64,000 nucleotides of DNA from NCBI GenBank assembly GCA_050273025.1, contig CP158635.1, positions 6,882,001 through 6,946,000 of the forward strand. The letters are read 5' to 3'. The number at the start of each line of letters is the position of its first letter. Position 1 is the first letter of the stretch. The DNA is from Cenococcum geophilum (Eukaryota). This document shows, piece by piece, positions 1-11,596 of the stretch. Below the pieces are notes generated by a model that had not been told where the DNA came from, searched no databases, and saw nothing but the letters and a program-made list of their open reading frames with translations. Position numbers and translations under genes: made by a program.

Positions 1-758
1 CCAAGACATCTTTGAGGGGTTTGAAAATTCGGAGAATGCCGTCCGCAAAACACCAAAGGACCTGGCATGTGAAAGTCATGTTACGACAAAGAACTGTAAC
101 ATTTTAATCTTCAAAGCTAAGCATTAATTATTCAAAGAGAATGCAAAAGCCTCTAATGGCCCAATAAATAATTATGATAGATGGCTAAAGCGATGGCGCA
201 TATATATCACGTGAAATGAGTGGATTCCAAAAGCAGCAGTCGATAGGTATTAGTGTGCATACCTAAAATGGCTTTCCTCCAACTCAACGTTATACTATTT
301 TGTCCCGTTTGCCTTAGACGTACGTCCTCTTGCCTCTCCTTGCAAATTGCCCCTGATGACATAAGGCGTTGGGGCCAATAACAGCCACATAAGCTTACTC
401 TTTAACCATCTCATTGGCTGCGCAGCTGCACACTGATGCTTCATGCCGTCATGAAGTCCTGCACGGCATGCCGAAACCTTTGACGCGTCAACGAAGTTAC
501 GGACGGTAAGATGGCTTGTTTCCTACGGTGATTCACGCGCATTGTGTAGCCAACAAGTGTGGCGATGCGCCTAAGCCAGCTACTTAAATCATAGGAAGAC
601 GTCCTGCGGTGTGTTGAGCTGGCAGGCACGTCAACGATACATTATTATTTCCTCCTGGCACATCAATTTCGACATCCAACACCACTGTCGTCTTTAGAAA
701 CGAGTTCTTGCGTTTTACAATCTACGACTGCTATAAGATAAATAATTTTGGTAGGGCC

Positions 759-2157
759 ATGGCGTCTGCAATCTGGGCAGGCCCGGGCAAATCCACATCC
801 CGCCACAGCTCTCCCGACTCCGCTATCGTAGACCCTAAACAGACGGACAAGTACCTCCTACAAGTCACAGCTGGACCTTCCTACGATCAATCAACGCACA
901 AGGTGGTCAATGTCAACAGCGATGAGGCAATTTTTGTCGAGAACGATTTGATGGCTTGCTGGATAAAGGTCCGCATACGCGACTACCACGGTAAATACCA
1001 CTCGGCGAGCCAGTGTGCTCAGCCAGATCGAGAAAGGCTTGAGAGTTGCGATAGCTGATTACTCCAGGCCTCCCAAAATCTTCTCCGCCCACAAACGATT
1101 ACTTTTCGCACCCAATGCACCAGTCCGATCGCTACTCCATTGGCTACTCATTCGTGCCGAAGAAGCCTATACCCGGCAAGGACGTGGTCATGGGCTTTGA
1201 CTTTGACCGCCCGATTCGTGATCGCCTCCCGCCAGGTTTCAAAACCGCCATGAAAATCGTCACCACGATTCTGGATCCTGGAATTTACAGTGATCCATAC
1301 TCAGACAAACCATATCTTTACGGCCCCGCGCTCTCAAGTTTCTTTGTTTTCAGGATCGGCGAGCACGTAACTGAGACTCCAGTGGAGAAGCAGCTCGCGG
1401 ATGCTCTGCAAAAAGACAGTGCCGGCGTAATTGTGGAGGGTGCGGATGGGAGTGGGCAGAGGATTCGAGAGGAGCACAACTTACCCATCCGACCGGAAAA
1501 GCGGCGGAAGAATTTCCTGAAGAAGGACAATATAGAAATTTTTGAATTCGAGGAGGGAAGATTGTACCAGGCCGATTTCTTCAACCCGTATTTGGATTTT
1601 GCAAGTAAGTCGCATGGTCTTAGAAATGAACGCCGGGGTTAGCTGATGAATGCTTAGATTTCGCGCTGAGAATTCCAGGCTTCTCGATATCTATTGCAAA
1701 ATACATCGACGACAAAACGCATACGTTGCGCTATGTGCTCAAGAACCGTAACACCGGCGAGGTGTACTTTCTCGTTGTATTCACCCTGCTCTTCGGCGAA
1801 AACTTGGAGGCTACGTTGAAAGATGAGAAGGTCAGGTCAGGTCAGAGTTCCATGAGCGAATCGCCGAGAGAAAGCCAGTCGTCACCTAACAGCATCCGAC
1901 TGCACCCCAATATCAGCGTCGAAAAAGATCAGCCCCAACTTACCAGCACAAATGACGCTAAGGCGGTCGTAGACTCACAGCAAACAAACCAATCAGACAC
2001 GTCAGGGTCCGCAGGATACCTAGCCTCTTCACTTTACTCAGCTCTCTCATCCCTCGGATTTGGTCGTCGGGTGTCTGACTGCTCTTCTTCATCTGAATCA
2101 AACATTCCGGACGAAATCCCCGCGAGAGTAGCCAAACAATTTGAATCGGCGGGTTGA
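759..2157 (+). CDS. DUF1769-domain protein (3 exons: 759-990, 1068-1604, 1658-2157)
   Basis: Spliced reading KYLLQVTAGPSYD...VRIRDYH|GLPKSSP...DRYSIGYSFVPK...GFDFDRPIRDRLPPGF...DFFNPYLDFA|NFALRIPGF...LRYVLKN matches the fungal DUF1769 family. Introns 991-1067 and 1605-1657 have GTAA donors, CTGAT branch sites and YAG acceptors, and keep the frame. Confidence 0.85.
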
Positions 2158-2997
2158 CAGTGTGGAAGATAGGACTGTAGAGGATTATCTCAGGAGTAAG
2201 CATGAGAGTAAATGACCAGCTCGCCAGTCAGTTCTCGGGGATTAATTACGACTACCCAGGCATGATGAGAGTTAGATACCCAGTCTAATGAGTGGATAGA
2301 ATAGATATAATATACAGGCACGGTTGGCTTTTGTGCTAGCATTACTCAGTTGCGAGTCCTGTACGCGGCGGAATGGTTTCCTGCTGCATCGAATACGCAA
2401 GAGGCGGCTAGAGAAGCCTGCCTTAATTGACCTAGCATACTTGCTTGAGCACACTGGCTGTCCTCCCTTACCCCATGTTTCTACATCTAGCCCTTTATTC
2501 CCTTGCCCAAACGGCTGACGCAAGCACGTTTCACCAGACTCAGGACCCCTTCTGTCATGTTAATCATGATCATCGTTTGTAGTATTCGAAAGCAGGACAA
2601 AGTAGAGTGGTGCGGCGGACGGCAAGGGATTGAATGGTATCTTAGTCCTAATGTAGAAACGGAGAGAACTCTGGCGCCAACGATGGTGTCGTGATTTTCG
2701 TGTGCTGATACCTAAGCTGAAGCTAGGAAGAAGGGGTTGATTTGTGCGCTGTACAGTCAGTTAAAGTCTCCTATGATGGATCGATGCAGCAGGGCCATGG
2801 TGTCAAAGCATCTGCCTCACGAAGGCGAGGTCTCAAAGTTATCGGTTATGCTGGGTGTGGCTGAAAGATGGGCTATGCATGCTGACTGATCCAGAGCGCC
2901 AGCTTTCCAGTTGCGGCCGATTAGGCAATTCTGCAACTCCACAAGCGGAAAGTTTTCTCAAGAGACCCCGTACGGTACGGTGTTCGTGCCATCAATA

Positions 2998-5060
2998 TCA
3001 AGGGCTCGCACTCCATGCATTTAAGATTGCGTCGACGTGTCGGCGTGTTGCGTACCCATAGCTTCTCTCGGTGTCCCGCAAGAAATAAATCACATTGTCT
3101 TGATCTTGGTTTCGAGTAAAGACGGAGCCGCCTAGTCATGTCAGTGTACGCATACACAGAAATTCTGCTTGCTTCGATTTTGGTTGTTAGGCTGGCTCAG
3201 GACATTGCATGCGAGGAACTTTGCCGGAATAAATTTCGTTCACTTCGCTATTATACACACTTTCCGAATGCATTCTTGGGTCATTTCCTTTAAAGGCATG
3301 TCAGTACATCCGATCGAGTAGAACAAAATGTTCACCTGAACATTGACTGCGGCAGATTGCGCTCGAAATCCCACTTTTGGAATAGTAGGAGAATTGTAAG
3401 GGTTAAATTTGCAATGAGTAAATATTCCATCGCATTAACTGCATGCAGAAACTTTAACACGGAAACGCTAATACAGTTGAAGAGAGGCAGACCGTGTTCA
3501 TTGTGAGAGTACCACGGCTCTGCATTCCAATCACTGGGGCTCGGATACCCGGGCAAGTCCAAGATGGCTTCGAATGTGCGCGGGCGATGTGCCTCCCATT
3601 CTTTGACTAAGTGCTGTAGCTCCCGCCACCGGTCGGCAGTGCTGTTTCCCCCAAATTCCCACTGGAGGATTTGCACGCAAATTCATACCACACGATTGCA
3701 CCAATCAGAATCGTTTCTTGGATCGGCGAGTGAATCGAAAGGACAAACATCAAGATTGGCGCGGATGTTGCACTGCCAAACCAAAGCATAGTAAATTTCT
3801 TGGCGCAGATGTATCCGGTATGCTGCATCAAGAACTCTATTCCGTTGTCCTAGTAAGTTATCCCCTCCAGCCTGGATGAAAAGAGAAGTTCCGGAGAGAT
3901 GGCACTTCCCAGCTTCGATATCTGTATTACTTTATTAATCTTAGCGGGTATGTCGAATGGCTGCATAAACTCACCTTCAAATTCCCCAAACGAACGAGGA
4001 AATATTGTAGCAAGTACTATGCTCTCATCTTTGAAGTAGTCGTCCTTGTGAAGCTTTGGAATCAACAATCAAAGACATTCTTCCTGATATTGGAGGGGTA
4101 GAGAATGATCAGAGTTAGTAACTCTACTTATATGATGAGAGGAGTGGGCGAGAATTGCCTTGAGAAACATCGGGCTTGAGGCAGCCGTTCTCGGTACGAC
4201 AAGTGTGAAGGGCTGCTGTTGGCCACACACATCAAACTCACATGATCCCGTCAGCAGTAGTTCTCATCTCTTGAGGGGCCAGCGTTGATTAGATAGCCAC
4301 ATTTTACTACCACTCATAATGGTAGGATCGCGATTCTGTTCTAAAAGAAAAGGCTTACCAAAGGCGCAAGGTTCTCGATATAGTGCCGAAATAAACCGGC
4401 CTCTTTTACAGAGCTGAACTTGCAAGATACCGAGTCCTTAGTCGATGATCTATCCCAGAAAGGACACTCTTTAGCTTTTCCTGCTTCTATTTGAAACTCC
4501 CTAGCCGCTTGGGGCGCGAAGGTATCCCTAGATATAGCTGTACTGGCTAGGAATAGGAGGTTGTGCGCTGAAGGACTTCCTGTCACTGCAGATTCGTGAA
4601 TATCTGGCTGCGGTGCATTAGTCCAGGGAGTTGCTAGGGTCTCTTCCGGCTCTTGAATTAAGCAATGGATGAGATGAAGGAGGTGATGTTTCAGGACTAG
4701 ACGTCACATTAATATCCTCTTCTGCTTCAGGGTGTTCTTCCACATTGGTGCTATTATGGTAGATTGACTGAGATTGATCGTGGAAAGTAACCAGACCCAA
4801 TATGAGTCAGATTGACGCTATGCACAGCTCTTTGGGCCACATACGTTTTTTTCTCGTTCTTACTCAAATCTGTTGTGGCTCAAAGAAAAACTCAAACTTT
4901 TTGTAGTCCTCAGGAGTTACGGCGGCTGTCGGACAGGTGGAGTGACGAAATCGGACGCGGTAAGCGCGTGCTTGTTTTTTGCCTTCCATTTATATGGATC
5001 ACGCCTTCAATCGGTTTTTCTTTGACAATTCAGAAGCCAGAACCGAGGATTTCTGCTCAT
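2998..5060 (-). pseudogene. Decayed Zn(II)2Cys6 / ARCA-like fungal-specific transcription factor
   Basis: Recognisable motifs in order: YRVRFRH, FFFEPQQI*V, VTFHDQS, EAGLFRHYIENLAP, LQYQEECL*LLIP, HLSG, AAYRIHLRQEIY, DWCNRVV*IC, LRDTERSYGYAT...NAW. In-frame TGA stops at 4864, 4069 and 3683, a frameshift near 4625-4705, and the Zn-cluster cysteines are largely lost. Confidence 0.75.
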
Positions 5061-5600
5061 GTTGGATGTGTGCAGAATCCCGCTAAGAATTAATGTAAGC
5101 ATCTTTGAGCCATACAGAAGACCATCTAGAAGAGCGGTAACATAGTTGCCTGCCATTGTGATTTACGCTAGGCGTGTTCTAAATAAGGTCAAGGTTTGAG
5201 CTCATTGGTTCTTTCTTAGCAAAAAAATTAAATATCTGCTAGTAGAGACCGATTATTGACTTGGGACGCTAAATTCTCTAATTCCTTTATGATCTAGAGT
5301 ATTCCCTCTATAGTCAACGGATATCCGGCTTTAATTTAAATGACCGTATAGTGCGTATGTAATACCACAGAAATCAAGTTTGCTTTTCGAGAAACCTTCC
5401 GGATTCATTACATTAGATAGGTTTCCTCTTCTAAGAACCCCATCCAAATTAGCCATGCAGTAAGTCCACTAGCTTCGGGCCAATTGGAATTTAGACTACG
5501 CAGCTTCTTACGCAAAAAAAAGGTTATTTGGACATAATTAATAGTTAAAGGAACTTCGAAAATAGAGTGAGGTAGGTGCCATTCTGAGGACATCGGCCTG

Positions 5601-7100
5601 CTACTTGGATTTATTAAAGAACGCGGCAGCTTGATCTCCTGCAATCCTCCCAAATACTACACACTCCAACAAAGAAGAACCTCCGAGCCTATTTTCACCA
5701 TGAACCCCACCGGTAACTTCACCAGCTGCCCAAAGGCCTCTAATTGGGGTGTCATCCGCATTGAGGACTTCGCTACGCTCATTGATTACCACTCCACCCA
5801 TAGTAAAGTGCACAACAGGCGTCACTCTGCCTACATACACAACAGACTCTGGCGTGGCGTCTCTCAGATTCCAGTCAGCGAATGTACTTCGACCGAACGG
5901 GTCACCAACACGTCCTGCAGCGGCGTCGGCATACTGCTGAATGGAAGCGAGAGCGTTTGGCCCAAGATCCGCTACTGTAGCCTTGCGCATCAAGCCTTTC
6001 CAAAGATAAAAATCAATGTGTGACTTCGCGGCGTTGTAGACACCCTCATCAAGAACGAGCTGGACATTCCATTGCCTTGGCGAGGCATCGGCGGCAGGAT
6101 TACGTGTAATAGCATTCGTAACATTCTCTCTTGTTTCCATCTCATTGTAGAAGCGGCGGCCATCAAGCATGAGCAGGCCGCCTTCGCCGCGGAGGATCTC
6201 TGCGGCAAGAAACTTGAGTGGCGTCAAGGGGTTTTTGGGATCCACGAACCCTGTGGGGTGGACTTGAACAAGCTCCATATCTAAGAGCTGAGCCCCTACA
6301 TCCGTAAGAAGCGTTTGAGATCCTGGTTTGGGGTCGTTGGTCGAAGGGAATCCAGCTAAATCGGGGCGGTAATGAGCAAGGAGACCTTCAGCATCGCCAG
6401 CGAAGCCACCACTGGCGAAGACTACGGGGCCATGGAGTTCTCCCGCTTCCCCTCCTTCACAAGTATATTCTACTCCAGTAACTTCGTCCCCGCTCTTGAG
6501 CACTTTAGTCACAAGACATGATGTCTTAAGCTGGAACAGCGGACTAGTTTTGAGGGCATTAAGGAGAGTCATCACAATGGATGCGCCTGGAGGTGTCTGT
6601 CCCGAGCCTCTATGAGTGCGTGGCCGGCTGTGGCCGCCAAGTTGGGCGACCTTGCTGAGATCAATCCCTCTATCGTCCACAAGCCAGGAAATGGCATCGC
6701 TTGAGAAAGTTGTTAAAAGAGAGATGAGATTTTCGCGTTTGTCACGAGAGTTGGCAAGCACTTTGCCCACTGACTTCAATGTATCACCGTAAAACTCAGT
6801 GTCTGGGATGGGCTGATATTTGGTGGGCGCGCCGTTAATTCCAGACGAAGCCTTGATGGAGTTACCGCCAGGCTTTGGTGATCGCTCTAGAAGATGAACC
6901 GGAACGTTATAGGAGATAAGCTGAGATGCCGCAGAGAGGCCTGCAAGGCCCGACCCGACAACTATAGCCCCTGTTCTGGTCAGAGACTGCGGCGGCATAA
7001 ACTTCGTGGTATTAGCCATCTTGCGACTGTAGGGGTGGGCGATGAGAATGCAAGTCAAAGAGAATGAAAGAATAACGAGAGCCCGTCTACGGCTCATCAT
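5601..7100 (-). CDS. FAD-dependent soluble fumarate reductase (OSM1/FRD1-like, FAD_binding_2 family)
   Basis: Intronless 499-aa ORF with VVGSGLAG dinucleotide motif, GGNSIKASSGING, QLGGHSRPRTHR, QVHPTGF, AEILRGEGG, VHFTMGG and GGVHGENRLGGSSLLECVVFG. Hydrophobic N-terminal segment. Confidence 0.95.
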   Translation of the reverse strand: MMSRRRALVILSFSLTCILIAHPYSRKMANTTKFMPPQSLTRTGAIVVGSGLAGLSAASQLISYNVPVHLLERSPKPGGNSIKASSGINGAPTKYQPIPDTEFYGDTLKSVGKVLANSRDKRENLISLLTTFSSDAISWLVDDRGIDLSKVAQLGGHSRPRTHRGSGQTPPGASIVMTLLNALKTSPLFQLKTSCLVTKVLKSGDEVTGVEYTCEGGEAGELHGPVVFASGGFAGDAEGLLAHYRPDLAGFPSTNDPKPGSQTLLTDVGAQLLDMELVQVHPTGFVDPKNPLTPLKFLAAEILRGEGGLLMLDGRRFYNEMETRENVTNAITRNPAADASPRQWNVQLVLDEGVYNAAKSHIDFYLWKGLMRKATVADLGPNALASIQQYADAAAGRVGDPFGRSTFADWNLRDATPESVVYVGRVTPVVHFTMGGVVINERSEVLNADDTPIRGLWAAGEVTGGVHGENRLGGSSLLECVVFGRIAGDQAAAFFNKSK

Positions 7101-7648
7101 GGAGGGATTGAGGGCTCCATAAAGAAGCGCCCAGTACCGCGCGGAACATTCGGAGCGGAGGTTTACAGGTTCATAGACTTGGGAATTATCAGGTGATGGT
7201 CAGGTCTTCCAGCAGCTGCCAGTCGTATCGTGGAATCCGAGAAACCTGGCTCTAGACGAGCTTGTGATCTAGCCAGCACTAATGTATATCATTGTAAGTG
7301 CGTATATTCTTGAGGCCTTGCTTTTTTTTTGAGGTTGGGGGTCGAAGTACATGTACATAAATGTGGAGGGAATTTCGTTCGGGTGGTAAGCTATGCGCAA
7401 TTTTCAGCATTAGGTGAGCACTTTTCAGAACGCAATGGATGTCATTCAGCTCGTGCACGGACACAACTTGTGCACGCTACTAATAATTATATAATTCTTT
7501 AATATCTTTATATAAATTTTATATACCTTATATTTATAACTAACGTGAGCGATAGGGCTATGGCGGTTTGGCACATCAAAACTAAGCACAGACGAAATTT
7601 GTTAAGAACCGTCATAACTATGCCGACCCAGAGATACTGAGACAGGTA

Positions 7649-8339
7649 TCCCTTGTGACGCCAGCGCGTCCTACTATTCGCGTACGGGCTACAATCCTTA
7701 TCGATAGCGTAGGACGCCGGCGTCTTTTTTTTTTTTTGAAATCATACGCCGTTTTAGCTGCCCTAAGGGCGCCATGCCGGGTCTTCTATTTTACAGAGGT
7801 AGATCCTAAGTAATCACCCGTCTCATCTACAGCAGTGATTCCGTGAGGCCCTCATCCGCCTGTCTACCACATGCTGTAGGTGTACGGTGCCCAGGAGAGA
7901 AGCAAACGCCTAGAATCGCCAAGTCTGAATCGAACGCCAGAGCAATACAATTACAAGGATATATGCAAGCAGGGTAAGTTCCCGTGCAAGGGAGATATCG
8001 AAATCAAATAATCAAAAAGTAGTGAGTACCTAAATTACCTCCGTTCCGTACCGTATATTGGAGCCGGGCCTATTTTACGGGCCTAGAGTTCTTGCTTTGA
8101 TACTGTCCGTCTTCCGCCAACGTCGCGTATGACGTGTCTGCCACTGAGAGAGACTCAGTTGGTCACTTCAAGTCTGTTCCTGGCCTCCAGAAACTGCCCT
8201 AAGAGGCCTGTTTGCACCATATATTATGCTGCTTTCTTTGCTGACCATGCTAGGTTTAGGATCGATTTATAGCTCTGAGGTTGGCTGTTATACGGCCAGA
8301 CTGCTTTCCTCAGATCCAGGACGCCGGCGTCAAAAGGGA
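7649..8339. mobile_element. About 84-bp fold-back MITE-like element (TA-flanked), split by a LINE insertion
   Basis: Left arm TCCCTTGTGACGCCAGCGCGTCCTAC (from 7649) is the imperfect reverse complement of GTAGGACGCCGGCGTC (7709-7724) plus AAAAGGGA (8332-8339). TA lies on both sides. Confidence 0.65.
7725..8317 (-). mobile_element. 5'-truncated Tad1-like LINE (ORF2 C-terminus, 3'UTR, poly(A))
   Basis: T13 tract at 7725-7737. Exact 14-bp TSD AGGACGCCGGCGTC at 7711-7724 and 8318-8331. Minus-strand translation ...AKKAA*YMVQTGLLGQF... resembles the typical fungal LINE ORF2 end. Confidence 0.85.
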
Positions 8340-8509
8340 TATACTTAGCGTCAACCCAGAGAGCCAGTGATAACACTATGCTAAACTATGTCTCATTGTA
8401 CAGCATATTATTGATAATGCGAGGGCTCCGGTTACTTGAACCATTGCCAAAATTTTAGACTTTTCAAAAAATCCCAAAACTTCCAAACTCCTCCTAGCTG
8501 AGCGGATAG

Positions 8510-10264
8510 TCATGGAGCCGCAGCTGAAGGCGCAACACTCAAGAACTTCGTCTCCAAGCTAGGCACAAAGTTATTCATCAACTCCCATTCCAATGGATTC
8601 AGCAAATCCTCCTGCATAACCATATAGCCGCCTCCCGGCGCCGGCTTCCGCCACTGAATGTTCTTCTGCCCCTGCTGGATCTGCTGCAGCGACACTGTGG
8701 TTCCGTCCTGCAGCGGCTGCGCTGCCATTCCCCTCACTTGCCACTTGTCCAGCGCACTGCTCTTGTACTCGCCGCCGCTGGGGTTCTTGCCCTTGAGGCC
8801 CCAGCGCAGCCGCACAGACGAGTGCACCTTCTCGTACGTCTGCTGGAGCGGCTGCTTGGGTTCGTACGGAAGCCCGGTATCGTGGTTGTAGCGCACATAT
8901 TCGTGCGGTGAGCGGATCAGCTGGCCGCCACCGGCTTTACCGAAGATGCCTTTCAATTCATTGTGGATAGGGCCTGAAAAAGTCAGCATACCGTCCTTGG
9001 GCGAGGTGTCAGAGGTACTTACCGCAGCTCCAAGGCACAGGCGGCTCTTTTCCCTGCGGGCTGAATAGTTCCCGCTTCAACGCCGTGTGGTCGAAACTAA
9101 TGTAATTCTCGAGCTGGCTGATCATCCATGCAAGCGTGATATCCGCGGCGCGGGTGTCGTCGTAGCTGCCGCCGACGTCGGAGTGCGCGCCAGCAAACCA
9201 CACCTGGGTTAAGGTCTGGCCGGGTTGAGGCTGCGGCAGCTCCCAGACCGTGGGCATGAAAGGTTTCCTGTCTTCGTCCAGGGCGACTGCGTGGATGGCG
9301 TGCTCGATCATAGGAGGGACGGAGGTGTCAACGAATGCGTAGTCGATGGATTCCTGGTTCATTGAATTGAATATGCCGAGGCGGGGCAAACCCAGAGAAC
9401 CTGATTGGGGTGTCAATTCCCGGCTGCTTCAGCGGTGGAAGGTGGTTAGAGACAAAAGCTGACATACCCACAGTATCCCAAACCGCCACCGCCTTGATCT
9501 TTACATTAGGCGTCGTCATTTTTAGGGATACCAACTTCTCTACATATCTAGCTTTATCTGTGAAGATGTTGGGCCGCGGCGCTGGGAATGGATTATCTGC
9601 AATTGGGGGTTTATAATCCTTCTTCTGCTGGTTCTCCCAGTCTGTGAAGATGGTGTAGAAATGCATCATGCCGACCGTTGTCAGAAGGCCGATATCGTTG
9701 ATAAAAGAAGCAATGCTACGAGCAGTAAATGCACCGCGGGAAAACCCGATCAGATAAATTTCGTCATGGGCAGCAGGGTTGTAGTTGGCCGTAATGAATT
9801 GATACGCTTCGCGGATATGTTCTGCAAGGCCAAAGCCCGTCGCACCACCTACAAGCCTGTCCTCGGTATTCTGACTGCCGATGCCGCTTTGGTAGTACGT
9901 GATTTGCTGGACAGCACCGCCTCCGCTGGTGTCAAGTTGCTTCACAGCGCGGCAGATCCGGGTCACATTTGATGGCGTTTGCAGTGTTATTTTGCCTGTC
10001 AGCTCCCTGGACAAGAGTTCCAGCGGATTCAAGGGGACATCGACGCCATTGTTGCTGTCCAGCCATGTACCTGCGATTTGGTAAGCTCCGTTGTCTTGAT
10101 GGTATTAAAGAAATATATAGAAGACAATGCACATCGTATGGAAATAGGAAGACTTGAATAGAGACTGTGGCTCTACAAGATGGAACGAGAAAATGAAGAT
10201 GAAAAGATCCAGCCTTACCATCACAACATACAATCAACCTCTTCGTAGGCTGCGAGGCTGCCAT
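8510..10264 (-). CDS. DUF2235 / Tle1-like alpha-beta hydrolase (exons 10264-10219, 10070-9468, 9400-9023, 8973-8510)
   Basis: KRLIVCCDGTW, PSNVTRICRA, YYQSGIG, GFSRGAFTAR (lipase GxSxG), VWDTVGSLG, HAVALDEDR, QVWFAGAHSDVGG. Three canonical introns keep the frame. Confidence 0.92.
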
Positions 10265-11596
10265 TCTCTCAAGGGTAATACCACTAACACTAACCGCGAA
10301 ATTTCAAAAAGGAAATATGGACTTTCTTGAGGAATGAAAGGATAAAACAAGAACACAAGGAAAATAGAGAAATACTCAGCCTTTATACATGATGAACGCC
10401 ATAGTGGGGTATGGTTAGGGTGTTCAGCTCGATGTTTCCCGCTTGTTGATCTCAGCTCAGCCCAGATGCCTAGACACGCTTACACCGTCTTGGCGCATCC
10501 GGTTGAAAGCGTGTGTTGATCACGCTAACCAAAATGCGTACATCTGCACCCAAAAGTAGGTAAAAATACGTTAAAATGGCCGTGCTTATTACTTCAAAAG
10601 GTATAAATTCTGCCGTTTGATCACCAAGATCGACACGCGCTTTCAACCGGATGCGCCACGGCGGTGTACATCCAACCACGATTAACCTCGTGCTGCCGCC
10701 ACAACTCTGAAAGGCCTTAGCTGTTCAGCCTTAGCTGTTCAGCCTAACGTAAGTACACCTGACAATATGTGAAGAGGGGTAGCTGTTGAAAAGCAAATAA
10801 TAGCGTAATGGTTGGTCGCAGTGCGAATAAGAACATGTAGCTTATTGGACCACGAATACCGCGAGATTTTTGTAGTATGGCTGACAGCTGAAGTTGTATT
10901 AATGCGATACATCGGGGCTCGTTTCGCAGACTTCATTAAAATTCCGGCAGAAACTACCACCCCTCCTTATGATATTTCCCTTCTAACCACCGCAGGCTTC
11001 ACCCCTCACGCCTTTTCATACTGAAGAGAATGCAGAGGGCTACACCTAATCGTCGCCTATACTTACTTACCCAACTTCCTATAACTAAGCATCACGGATT
11101 AGCAGTAGAGAATTGCACATTTCCTTAACGGTTTGAATAGGGAAGATAGGGTAACCTGAAGAGCACTATCTAAAGTATGAGAGCCCCATGTAATCATATC
11201 ACTACCACTCTTGTTTGGTCGCTCACCCAACCAAAACATGAAAGCCTCTAAATGATACATGGACCCGCTTATAACTCTAGCAGCCGACAAGGAGAAGGGT
11301 ACTTTCGTTAGGATAGAATAGCCGTTAGCTCGAACAAAGTCGAGGAAAAAAAGATAAACGAAGCCAGAAAGCCGAAAAAAGTACCTGAGTACAAACAAAC
11401 AGACAGAGATAGCTAGTAAAATTGAAACATAACGCAAGGAAATCACGGGAGCCATGGTTTGACCGGAATACAGCAAAGGCAATCTAACTCGAAACCCATA
11501 AACCTTGGATGGAAGAATGAGGTGGCGGAGGGTTGGCAAGTTTGTCGGTTCGCGGATTATGAGGTTCCATAAACCTTGCGACGTGCTGCCGGAGCA

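Noticed and set aside
3683..4866. TGA stops at expected Trp positions as candidates for sexual-stage A-to-I editing or readthrough
   Set aside because: The gene also has a frameshift and a destroyed Zn cluster, and known fungal restorative editing mainly acts on UAG. Simple pseudogenisation fits better.
5631..6284. Several antisense and alternative-frame ORFs within the fumarate reductase
   Set aside because: Shadows of a real CDS, with no independent motifs.
10715..10745. 14-bp tandem duplication CCTTAGCTGTTCAG x2
   Set aside because: Simple slippage duplication with no further structure.
11099..11539. 146-aa hydrophobic ORF
   Set aside because: Could be an orphan gene, but no recognisable domain or supportable gene structure.
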